A DNA stretch of 64,000 bases from an uncultured Chloroflexia bacterium (lineage in GTDB: Bacteria; Chloroflexota; Limnocylindria; Limnocylindrales; CSP1-4). The position numbers were made by a program, and so were the translations under genes. The stretch is from NCBI GenBank assembly GCA_963800795.1, contig CAWDCJ010000009.1, positions 27,475-91,474 of the forward strand, given 5' to 3'. Below, one piece after another: positions 54,294 through 64,000 of this stretch. The first letter of the stretch is position 1, and each line of letters begins with the position of its first letter. The notes under the pieces were generated by a model. It saw only the letters and a list, made by a program, of their open reading frames with translations. It had not been told where the DNA came from and searched no databases.

Positions 54294-54960
54294 ATGGCCC
54301 TCCCGATCGACGGCGGGCAACGGGCGTTCGGGGCGCCTGACGGCCCAATCCCGGCAGCCGGGCGGTCGTGACGTGAGTACGCACAGATTCGACCCGGTGC
54401 CGTCGGTCGACTCGACCACCGATTCCTCGCCGAGGTCTCCAGCGCGGCAGGGGGCCAGTCGCGCCTGCAGATGTGCATCCAGTGCGGCACCTGCGGCGGC
54501 TCGTGCCCCTCGGCCGCGGACATGGACCACACGCCGCGGATGCTGTTCGCGATGATCCGGGCCGGGATGCGGGACGCGGTGCTGGCCAGCAACACGCCCT
54601 GGATGTGCGTCTCGTGCCACTTCTGCGTCGTCCGCTGTCCGCAGGACGTTCACATCACCGATGTGATGTACGCGCTCAAGGGGATCGCGGCGAAGGCCGG
54701 CTCCAGCCCGGACTCCAAGGCGCCGGAGTTCTCGCGCGTCTTCGTCGAGAACATCGCGACCTACGGCCGGAGCTTCGAGGTCGGCCTCGTGGCCCGGCAC
54801 TACCTGCGCCACCAGTTCCGCGCGGCTTCCGAGCATGGCCCCCATGGGCATGGGGATGTTCGCTCGCGGTCGCATCGGGCTGATGCCCAAGCGGATCCGG
54901 GGTGTCGAGGGGCTGCGCGCGATTCTCGATCGTGCCGAGGCGCTGGAGGCAGCCCAATGA
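54294..54960 (+). CDS. hdrC: Heterodisulfide reductase subunit C-like (frameshifted; start ATG 54294 or GTG 54373)
   Basis: CIQCGTCGGSCP, WMCVSCHFCVVRCP; GAGGAGG SD before ATG 54294. Confidence 0.88.
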
Positions 54961-56045
54961 ACACGTTCCTGTATTACCCGGGATGTTCGATGGAGGGCAC
55001 CGCGCGGGCCTACCAGGCATCGCTCGACGTGGTGTGCAACGTCCTCGGCGTGCGCCTGCAGGAGATCGACGACTGGAACTGCTGCGGGGCGACAGAGTAC
55101 GCGGGGATCAGCCTGTTCCGGTCGCATGCGCTCATCGGGCGCAACCTCGCCCTGGCGGAGGCGCAGTCCGGCTCGATCGGCCGGCTCCGCGGGAGCGGCG
55201 ACCGGCGCCGTCCAGCCCGTCAAAGCGGCCGGTGAAGCGAGTGCGCACCGCGTGGAGACGGTCGTCGCCCCCTGCAGCGCCTGCTACCTCAACCTCGCCA
55301 AGACCGACGCCTACCTGCGCGACAACTCCGCGCTCGCCCGAGGCGTGAACGAGGCCCTCGGGGCGCGGGCCTCCACTACACCCCCGGGGCCGTGCGGGTC
55401 CGCCACCTCCTCGACGTCCTGGTCGACGATGTCGGCCTGGACGCGATTGCGGGCCGCGTATCGCGACCGCTCAGCGGCCTGCGTGTCGCGCCGTACCTCG
55501 GTTGCATGCTGACGCGCCCGGACCTCGATGAGCGCTGGCCCGTCCGCGAGCACCCCCTCGTGTTCGACCGGCTGCTCGAGGCGCTCGGCGCGGAGGTGAT
55601 CGACTTCCCGCTCAAGACCGACTGCTGCGGCGGTCACATGACCCAGATCAGCCCAGGGACCGGGTTCGAGCTCATCCGGCGTCTGGTCCACGAGGCGACA
55701 GCCCGGCACGCGGACATCATGGCCACCGTCTGCCCGATGTGCCAGATGAACGTCGACGCGTACCAGGGCGAGATGAACCGGTACTTCCGGACCCACTACA
55801 CGATGCCGATCCTGTTCTTCACGCAGCTCATGGGCCTCAGCTTCGGCGCGACCGCGAGCGAGGTCTCGATCGGGTCGGAGCTCGTCGATGCGGGACCGGC
55901 GCTTGCCCGGATCGGGATCCAGGTTCCGCAGGCCGAAGTCGATGCGGCTGCTGCCGAGGCGGCCGAGGTCGCCCGCAGGGCCCGAAGCCGGCGCTCCAAG
56001 GCGTTGCCGATGCCGCGAATGCCGGGCAAGGAGATCCGACAATGA
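54957..56045 (+). CDS. hdrB: Heterodisulfide reductase subunit B-like (frameshifts near 55200 and 55375)
   Basis: YYPGCS, WNCCGA, PCSACY, YLGCML, DCCGGH, CPMCQMN (two CCG domains). Confidence 0.92.
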
Positions 56046-58065
56046 GCCAGGAGGAGCGGATCGGGGTCTACATCTGCCACTGCGGGACGAACATCGCCGG
56101 CGTCGTGGACGTCGAGGCGGTCCGCGACTTCGCGGGAGACGCGCTCGCCGGACGCGGTGTGGTCGTCGCGCGGGACTCGAAGTTCATGTGCTCGAGCCTC
56201 GGGCAGGAGCAGATCGAGAAGGACATCGCCGAGCAGGGCCTGACCGGTGTCGTCGTGGGCGCCTGCTCGCCGCATATGCACGAGGCGACGTTCCGCGGGG
56301 CCTGCGCCCGCGCCGGGCTCAACCCGTATCTGTGCGAGCTGGTCTCGCTCCGCGAGCACGTGTCATGGGTGCACACCGACCGCGCCATGGCGACGGCGAA
56401 GGCAAAGGCCATCGTCACGAGCGGCGTGGAGCGGGTGCGCCAGTCGGTGCCGCTGGAACCGATCCGGGTTCCCATCAATGCCTCGACGCTCGTGGTGGGC
56501 GGCGGCATCACCGGCATCCAGGCCGCCCTGGAGCTGGCCGACGCCGGGCATCGCGTGTATCTGGTGGAGCGCCAGGCGTCGATCGGCGGCCACATGGCCC
56601 AGTTCGACAAGACCTTCCCGACGCTCGACTGCGCCGCCTGCATCCTCACCCCGCGCATGGTCACGGCCGGCAACCACCCGAACATCACGCTGATGACCTG
56701 GAGCGAGGTCGTGAACGTCTCGGGTTACGTCGGGAGCTTCTCGGTCACGGTCCGCCAGAAGGCGCGCTACGTGGACACCAGCCTGTGCACCGGCTGCGGC
56801 ATCTGCGAGGAGAAATGCCCTGTCCGGATCGTCGACGAATCCTTCGAGGCCGGGATCGGCTACCGCAAGGCGATCTCGGTGCCCTTCCCGCAGGCCGTCC
56901 CCAAGTACCCGGTCCTCGACCGAGATAACTGCACCTTCTTCGAGCGCGGGACGTGCCGCGCGTGCGAGAAGCTGTGCCCGACCAATGCGATCGATTTCAA
57001 CCAGCAGGACGAGCTCGTCACGTTCGACGTCGGCAACATCGTGGTCGCGACCGGCTACGAGCTGTTCGACCCGCGCCGGGTCGAGCAGTACGGCTACGGC
57101 CGCCTGGCCAACGTGTTCACGAGCCTCGAGTTCGAGCGCCTGAGCAACGCCTCCGGGCCGACCGAGGGCCGCGTGGTCCTGCGCGACGGGGTGACCGCGC
57201 CGAAGACGGTCGGCGTCATCCACTGCGTCGGCAGCCGCGACCGCAACTACAACTCGTACTGCTCGGCCATCTGCTGCATGCAGAGCCTGAAGTTCGCGCA
57301 CCTCGTGAAGGAGCGGACCGGGGCGACCGTCTACGAGTTCTACATCGACATCCGGACGCCCGGAAGGCGTACGACGAGTTCTACCAGCGGGTCCTGGAGG
57401 AGGGCACGATCTTCGTCCGGGGTCGCGTGGCCGAGGTGAGCGACTCGCTGCGGCCGGACGAGGCGGACGAGGCCGGCCGGCTCATCGTCCAGGTCGAGGA
57501 TACGTTGGCCGGGCGCCAGCGCCGGATCCCGGTCGACATGGTGGTGCTCTCGTGCGGCCTGGAGCCCGCGCACGACGCGCGCGACGTCGCCCGACTGATG
57601 GGGATCACCTGCAGCTCCGACGGCTGGATCACCGAGCGGCACCCGAAGCTCGATCCGATCGCCACCATGACCGAGGGCGTGTTCGCGGCTGGCTGCGCGA
57701 CCGGCCCCAAGGACATCCCCTCATCCGTTTCCCAGGGGGCGGCCGCAGCCGCCCGGGTGCTGACGCGCATCCAGGCTGGCGAGATGCTGCTCGAGCCGGT
57801 CCGCGCCAGCGTCGATGAGGCGCGCTGCTCCGGCTGCCGCATCTGCAACGCCATCTGTCCGTTCAACGCCATCCGGTTCCACGAGGAGACAGGGTTGTCG
57901 GAGGTGATCACGGCGCTCTGCCAGGGGTGTGGCACCTGCGTCGCCGCCTGCCCGGCCGGGGCGATGCACGGCACGGGCTTCAGTGACGCCCAGGTGCTGG
58001 CCCAGATCCGCGGGCTGCTCGCCAGCCCGGCCGTGGAGCCGCAGCGAGAGGCGGTGCTGGCATGA
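56042..58065 (+). CDS. hdrA: Heterodisulfide reductase subunit A (frameshift near 57362)
   Basis: GVYICHCGTNIA, GGGITG, DKTFPTLDCAAC, CTGCGICEEKCP, CSAICCM, CSGCRICNAICP, CQGCGTCVAACP. Confidence 0.95.
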
Positions 58066-58618
58066 GCCACGTTGCAGCCGAGCGTCTCGACGGGGCCTCC
58101 TTCGAGCCGGTGATCATCGGCTTCACCTGCAACTGGTGCAGCTACCGGGCGGCCGACCTGGCCGGGACCGCGCGCATGAAGTACCCGCCCAACATCAGCC
58201 TCGTCCGGCTGATGTGCTCGGGGCGGCTCGATCCGGCGTTCGTGCTGGAGGCGTTCGCGCGCGGCGCGGACGGCGTGCTGGTGACCGGTTGCTGGCCGGG
58301 CGACTGCCACTACCTGGAGCAGAACTACTACGCCCTGCGACGCTTCCAGCTGCTCAAACGGACCATGGCCGGGCTGGGCCTGGAGGTGCAGCGCCTCAGG
58401 CTCGTGTGGGCCAGCGCCGCCGAAGGTGCGCGGCTGGCCAGCGAGTTCAGCTCGTTCGTGGAAGAGGTCAGGGAGCTCGGACCACTGCACTGGGGCGGCG
58501 CTGGCCCCGTTCCGGCCGGAATTCGCGCCCGCGGTGCCCGAGGAGATCGCGACAGCGCGTCGAGGCGGCGATCGCCGCGACGATGCCGGCCGCGGTGACC
58601 GACGAGGTGATGGCATGA
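58062..58618 (+). CDS. mvhD: MvhD [2Fe-2S] subunit (track frame stops at 58598; likely frameshift)
   Basis: FTCNWCSY, RLMCSGRLDP, GCWPGDCHY..QNY, WASAAEG. Confidence 0.94.
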
Positions 58619-59691
58619 CTGGCGACGCGCGCCCCCGCTTCGCGATGTACTGGGGGGCCGCCTGCGGCGGCTGTGACATCGCCGTGCTCAACCTCAACGA
58701 GAAGCTCCTGGACGTGGCGGCCCGCTTCGAGATCGCGTTCTGGCCGGCCGTGGTCGACGTGAAGTACCACGACCTCGAGGCGATGCCGGACAAGTCGATC
58801 CTGCTGACCCTGTTCAACGGCGGGATCCGCAACTCCGAGAACGAGGAGATCGCCCGACTGCTGCGCCGTAAGAGCCAGCTCCTCGTGGCCTTCGGTGCCT
58901 GTGCGACCGAGGGTGGCATCCCTGGGCTGGCCAACCTGTCCAGTCCCGCCGAGATCTACGCCGCCGTGTACGACGACGGGCTGTCCACGGTGAATCCCGA
59001 CGGCGTGCGCCCGGTGACAAGCATGCCCGTCCCCGAGGGTGAGCTCCACCTGCCGACGTTCCAGCACCTCGTCCGGACCCTGGACCAGGTGGTCCCCGTC
59101 GACTACTACGTGCCCGGCTGCCCGCCCGAGACCGCCCGGATCGCCGAGGTCATGGACGTCGTGATGGCGGTCCTCGACGGGAAGGCGGAGCTGCCGCCGC
59201 CGGGATCGATTCTCGGTGCGGGGACCTCCACGGTGTGCGACGAGTGCAGCCGCGAGCGGCACGAGAAGCGGCTGCCGGCGTTCGTGCGCCTCCAGTCGGT
59301 CGCCCGTCTCGACCCGAACCTGTGTCTCCTCGAGCAGGGCATTCCCTGCAACGGGCCGGCGACGCGTTCCGGCTGTGGCGCGCTCTGCCCGGCGGCCGGG
59401 GCCCAGTGCATCGGCTGCTACGGATCGGCCGACGGCGCGGGCGACCAGGGCGCCCGCCTGCTGTCCGCGTTCGCCTCGATCGTGGAGGCGCGCGAGCCTT
59501 CGACATCGATCTTGCGCTGGCGGGCATCGCCGACCCGGTCGGCCAGTTCTATCGCTTCGGGCTGGCAGCCTCGCCGCTGCGCGGTGGGCGGCATGGCGTC
59601 GCCGCGCGCGACGACGGCATGGAGGACGGTCCGGTCGAGCCGGCGGAGTCGGACTGCCGGGCGCGAGCTCGTCGCCGGCGCGGCGAGGTAG
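58615..59691 (+). CDS. mvhG: Group 3c [NiFe]-hydrogenase small subunit (frameshifted tail)
   Basis: WGAACGGCD, FGACATEGG, PGCPP, VCDEC, CLLEQG..CNGPATRSGC.ALCP, CIGCYG. Confidence 0.92.
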   Translation: MTGDARPRFAMYWGAACGGCDIAVLNLNEKLLDVAARFEIAFWPAVVDVKYHDLEAMPDKSILLTLFNGGIRNSENEEIARLLRRKSQLLVAFGACATEGGIPGLANLSSPAEIYAAVYDDGLSTVNPDGVRPVTSMPVPEGELHLPTFQHLVRTLDQVVPVDYYVPGCPPETARIAEVMDVVMAVLDGKAELPPPGSILGAGTSTVCDECSRERHEKRLPAFVRLQSVARLDPNLCLLEQGIPCNGPATRSGCGALCPAAGAQCIGCYGSADGAGDQGARLLSAFASIVEAREPSTSILRWRASPTRSASSIASGWQPRRCAVGGMASPRATTAWRTVRSSRRSRTAGRELVAGAAR

Positions 59692-59698
59692 GAGAGCG

Positions 59699-61192
59699 AT
59701 GATGGAGCGAGTGACCGATCGACCCGATCACCCGGCTGGAGGGCCACGGCCGAATCGAGATCTTCCTCGACAGCGACGGCGAGGTCGCGAACGCCTACTT
59801 CCAGGTCCCCGAGATGCGCGGCTTCGAGCGCTTCTGCGTGGGCCGGCCGGTTGAGGAGATGCCGCTGCTCACCAGCCGGATCTGCGGGGTCTGTCCGGAG
59901 GCGCACCACATGGCGGCCGCCAAGGCCGCCGATGCCGTCTATCACGTCGATCCGCCCCGGGCCGCCAAGCTGCTCCGCGAGCTCCTGTACAGCGCGTTCT
60001 TCGTCGCCGACCATACGACCCACTTCTACGCGCTCGGTGGGCCGGACCTCGTCGTCGGGCCCGACGCGCCGGCCTCGGAGCGCAACCTGCTCGGCGTGCA
60101 TCCGGACGGTCGGCCTGGAGATCGGTGGGCAGGTCATCGAGGCCCGTCGGGCGGGTCACCGCGTCATCGAGCTCATCGGCGGCCGCAAGGTCCACCCCTG
60201 CACCGCCGTGCCCGGGCGGTCTCACCAAGGGCATCACGGAGGACGAGCGGGCCGAGATCGAGCGCCTGGGCCGCTGGGCCGTCGAGTTCGGCCAGGCGAG
60301 CCTGGCCCTGTTCGACCGGCTGGTCCTGGGCAACCCGGCCTACCTCGAGCTGATCCTGGGCGACGTGTATCGCGACGAGACCTATTACATGGGCATGGTC
60401 GACCCCGCCGGGAAGGTCAACTTCTACGACGGCCGGATCCGGGTCGTCGCTCCCGATGGCGAGCTTCACGGCGAATACGCGCCCGCCGAGTACCGGGACT
60501 GGATCGCCGAGCGTGTCGAGCCGTGGACCTACCTCAAGTTCCCGTACCTCCAGCAGGTCGGCTGGAAGGGATTCGTGGACGGCAAGGACTCGGGCATCTA
60601 CTGCGCGACGCCCCTGAGCCGGCTCAACGCCGCCGACGGGATGGCCACCCCGCTCGCCCAGGCCGAGTACGAGCGCTTCTACGCGACGCTGGCCCCGCGC
60701 GCCGCGGACGGCCGCAAGCGACTCGTCCACCAGCGGCTGGCCACGCACTGGGCGCGCCTGATCGAGCTGCTCTATGCGGCCGAACGCTGGGTCGAGCTGG
60801 CGACGCGACCCGGAGGTCGTCTCGGACAACGTCCGAACCGTGCCCACCGAGGCGCCGACGAAGGGCGTCGGGACCGTCGAGGCCCCGCGGGGGACGCTCA
60901 CCCACCACTACTGGACCGACGAGCGCGGAGTCCTCACCCGCGTGAACCTCGTCGTGGGGACGACGAACAACTACGCGCCGATCAGCCTGTCGGTCGCCAA
61001 GGCCGCCCGCAACCTGATCCACCACGGGAACGGTCGACCGATGGGTTGCTGAACCGGGTCGAGATGGCGTTCCGGTCCTATGACCCGTGCTTCGGTTGCG
61101 CGACGCATTCCCTGCCGGGCCAGATGCCGCTCGAGGTGGCGATCCGCGACGCTGACGGTCGCGTGCTCGACGTCCGCCGCCAGTTCTGCTGA
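59699..61192 (+). CDS. mvhA: Group 3c [NiFe]-hydrogenase large subunit (about five frameshifts)
   Basis: DPITRLEGH, RGFE, L1 RICGVCPEAH, EAPRGTLTHHY, L2 DPCFGCATH plus C-terminal extension. Confidence 0.93.
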
Positions 61193-61198
61193 TCGCCG

Positions 61199-61681
61199 AT
61201 GGTCGGGCCCACCCTGGTCATTGGCCTGGGCAACCCGATCCTGGGGGACGATGGGGTCGGCTGGCGCGTGGCCGACGAGGTCGAGCGCCGCCTGAGCGCG
61301 TGCCCGGCACCTGCGCCGGCGACCGTCGAACGCCTGGCGGTGGGCGGTCTCGCCCTCATGGAACGGCTCGTCGGGTGCGGGCGCGCCATCATCATCGACT
61401 CGTACCTGAGCGACGGCGAGCCTGGAACGGTCAGGTCGTTTTCGCTCGGGGAGCTTGCGGGCCGCCCGGTCGGATATCTCGACTCCGCCCACGATGCGTC
61501 GCTCGCGTCTGCCCTGGCGGCAGGCCGGGCCGTCGGAGCGCGCCTCCCGGATGACGTGGTCGTGGTCACGGTCGATACGGTGCCGCAGGACGTCTTCGAC
61601 GACACCCTCACGGCGCCCGTCCAGGCGGCGGTCGAGGCGGCCGCGAACGAGGTCATGGCGCTGATCGCCCGCGCGGATTGA
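61199..61681 (+). CDS. Hydrogenase maturation endopeptidase
   Basis: GLGNPILGDDGVG, IIDS, SAHD. Confidence 0.92.
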   Translation: MVGPTLVIGLGNPILGDDGVGWRVADEVERRLSACPAPAPATVERLAVGGLALMERLVGCGRAIIIDSYLSDGEPGTVRSFSLGELAGRPVGYLDSAHDASLASALAAGRAVGARLPDDVVVVTVDTVPQDVFDDTLTAPVQAAVEAAANEVMALIARAD

Positions 61682-61727
61682 CGATCGGGCGCGGGCGGCG
61701 GTCCCGCCGGCGCGTCCCAACCGCCGG

Positions 61728-62545
61728 TCAGCGCGCCGCCGCCGCGGCGACGACCTCCTTGCCCTTCGGCCAGTACAGCTCCTTCTTGACGTGGAACTCG
61801 GGGAACCCCTGCCGCATGAGGACCCCCTCCGCGTTGAGGATCATGTCCGGGTTGCCGCAGATGTAGACGACCGTTCGGTCCGGGACAAGGTGAAGGTCCC
61901 GGCAGACGTCGGCGACGACCGCCTCCACGCGCCCCGTCCGGCCCGTCCAGCCGGCGTTACGCGGGTCGTTGGGCCGCGACAGGGTGGGTTCATAGCGCAG
62001 GGGGTACCTTCCGTCGCGCTCCATCGCTTCGAGGATGTCCCGGTAGGCCGAGGTCCTCCACGAACGACGATCCGTGGAGGATCACCGTCTTGCGCGGCTT
62101 CCGCGGCGAGCATCGTCTCGCGGATCATCGACATGAACGGCGCGATCCCGGTCCCGGTGGAGACGTAGAGGTGGGTCCGGTGGTCGTCGGGCTCCAGCAT
62201 GAACCGACCTTTCGGGCCGATGAGCCGCATGCGCGCCCCGACCTTGAGCCGCCACAGGAGCGTCGTGAACCGGATCACGGGGATCAGGCGCACGTACAGC
62301 TCGTAGCCCTCCGTGCCCGCGACGCTCGGCGCGGACGCCACCGAGTACGGGCGCTGCCAGAGCTTGCCATCCGCGAACGACGCCGGCCGTCATGTACTGG
62401 CCGGCCTCGAACGGGGCGGGCTCGCCGTCGAGCTTCACCCAGAAGCTCGCGAGCTCGGCCGAATAGTCCTCGCGCCGGACCAGCGTGGCGTTGTACTGGG
62501 GCGCGTCCTCGGCGATGACGCGCGTGTCCTCGAGTGGTGGCTCAT
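61728..62545 (-). CDS. Ferredoxin/flavodoxin--NADP+ reductase, Fpr-like (several frameshifts)
   Basis: FEAGQY, RPYSVAS, GPKGRF, TGTGIAPF, YICGNPDM, KELYW across four frames. Confidence 0.88.
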
Positions 62546-62592
62546 GCCCGGCAGGCCCTCCTGGCGTGCGGCGCTCGACGTGGATTCGCTCG

Positions 62593-62598
62593 AGTGTA
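62593..62598 (-). promoter_or_regulatory. -10 hexamer (TACACT) upstream of the fpr-like gene
   Basis: agtgta on the + strand, 48 nt upstream of the start. Confidence 0.4.
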
Positions 62599-62735
62599 GC
62601 CCTCCGTGGGGAGGCTCGCGCGCGGGTGGTCCACGCCCGGCGCGATGCGTCGGAGCGCCGACCGGCCGGACACGGGCGGGCCGTTCGACCCACCGGATGG
62701 GCCGGACGCGGGTCCGGGCGACCGACGCCCAGCGG

Positions 62736-62741
62736 TACAAT
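62736..62741 (+). promoter_or_regulatory. -10 hexamer (TACAAT) upstream of ppdK
   Basis: Near-consensus AT-rich hexamer in a GC-rich spacer; GGAGG SD at about 62812. Confidence 0.5.
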
Positions 62742-62825
62742 CCATCCGGTGACCTGATCCCTGGTCTTCTCCGCGGCCCGCCATCCCGCCCGCCGCGCCG
62801 CCTTCATCACCGGAGGAATCGCTCA

Positions 62826-64000
62826 ATGCCGGAGTCCGCCACGCGCGCGCATCGTGCCGCCAAGCGCTACATCTACGCCTGGGGCGAGGGCAGGGCCGAA
62901 GGCCACGGCAAGATGAAGGACCTGCTCGGCGGGAAGGGCGCCGGCCTCGCCGAGATGACGCTCGCCGGGCTGCCGACCCCGCCGGGATTCACCATCACCA
63001 CCGAGGCCTGCAACGACTACTTCGCCGCCGGCAAGACGCTGCCGGACGGGCCTCTGGGACGACGTGCTGGAGGCGGTCAAGACCGTCGAGCGCCAGACGG
63101 GCAAGGGCTTCGGCGACCCGCGAACCCGCTCCTCGTCTCCGTGCGTTCGGGCGCCAAGTTCTCGATGCCCGGGATGATGGACACGGTCCTCAACCTGGGG
63201 CTCAACGAGGAGACGCTCCGCGGCCTCATCGCGCTGACCGGCAACGAGCGGTTCGGCTGGGACGCCTACCGGCGCTTCATCGCGATGTTCGGCCGGATCG
63301 TCATGGACGTCGACGGCGCCCGGTTCGACGAGCCGCTGGAGGCCGCGAAGGCGGCCCACGGCCCCGGCGCCAAGGACACGGACCTCGACGTCGCGGACCT
63401 CAAGGCGCTCGTCGCCGAGTTCAAGAAGGCGGTCCGCGCGAGACGGGCCGCGACTTCCCGACCGATCCCTACGAGCAGCTCGATCTCGCGATCAAGGCCG
63501 TCTTCGCCTCGTGGTTCGGCAAGCGCGCCAACGACTACCGGAACAGCCAGAAGATCGCCCACGACCTCGGCACGGCCGTCAACGTCGTCACGATGGTGTT
63601 CGGCAACATGGGGGACGACTCGGGCACCGGCGTCGCCTTCACGCGCGACCCGAACACCGGCGAGAAGGCGCTCTACGGGGAGTACCTGGTCAACGCCCAG
63701 GGCGAGGACGTCGTGGCCGGCATCCGGACGCCCGCCAAGATCAGCCCAGCTCGCCGACGAGATGCCGGCCGTCTACGCGGAGTTCCAGCGGATCGCGGAC
63801 CAGCTCGAGCTGCACTACCGGAACGTCCAGGACCTCGAGTTCACGATCGAGCGCGGCCGGCTCTACATGCTGCAGACCCGCGACGCGAAGCGCACCGCCG
63901 CGGCGGCGGTGAAGATCGCGACGCGACATGGTCGACGAGGGCGTCATCTCCAAGCAGGAGGCGGTCGCCCGGATCGAGCCCGCCCAGGTGGACCAGCTCC
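62826..64000 (+). CDS. ppdK: Pyruvate, phosphate dikinase (3' truncated, several frameshifts)
   Basis: [88 protein letters not shown]. Confidence 0.95.
   Translation, partial: MPESATRAHRAAKRYIYAWGEGRAEGHGKMKDLLGGKGAGLAEMTLAGLPTPPGFTITTEACNDYFAAGKTLPDGPLGRRAGGGQDRRAPDGQGLRRPANPLLVSVRSGAKFSMPGMMDTVLNLGLNEETLRGLIALTGNERFGWDAYRRFIAMFGRIVMDVDGARFDEPLEAAKAAHGPGAKDTDLDVADLKALVAEFKKAVRARRAATSRPIPTSSSISRSRPSSPRGSASAPTTTGTARRSPTTSARPSTSSRWCSATWGTTRAPASPSRATRTPARRRSTGSTWSTPRARTSWPASGRPPRSAQLADEMPAVYAEFQRIADQLELHYRNVQDLEFTIERGRLYMLQTRDAKRTAAAAVKIATRHGRRGRHLQAGGGRPDRARPGGPA

Noticed and set aside
56042-61192. Selenocysteine recoding in HdrA, MvhD or MvhA
   Set aside because: Ligand positions are Cys codons (CHCG, GDCHY, DPCFGC); the breaks are frameshifts, not in-frame TGA

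Overview
High-GC (roughly 70% by eye) bacterial chromosome segment. Gene order and protein style suggest Chloroflexota, possibly the Ca. Limnocylindria/Ellin6529 lineage; this is inference from memory, not a database result. Positions 1-18.7 kb hold the end of the str operon and the S10-spc-alpha ribosomal superoperon (fusA to rplQ, then truA-rplM-rpsI). Positions 18.8-44.1 kb are housekeeping genes: cdaA-cdaR-glmM-glmS, acpS, nnrD, alr, tsaEB-rimI-tsaD, rsmA, ispE, ridA, glmU, a CNNM/CorC protein, a GGPP synthase, recO, a PPOX protein and glyQS. Inserted between alr and tsaE is an uncharacterised four-gene cassette: a degenerate macrodomain, a small protein, a GlmL/MutL-like actin-fold protein and a partner protein. 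Positions 44.2-64 kb form an anaerobic energy-metabolism island. On the minus strand it has a receiver gene, echABCDEF, a ferredoxin and nfnAB. Divergently on the plus strand it has hypAB, hdrCBA, mvhDGA and a protease, followed by fpr (minus) and ppdK. Two inverted copies of a ~120-nt structured intergenic element lie inside the ribosomal operons. Dozens of small frameshifts, including in essential genes, indicate assembly indel errors; those genes are given as reconstructed spans with approximate boundaries. No tRNA, rRNA, CRISPR array or transposase was seen.
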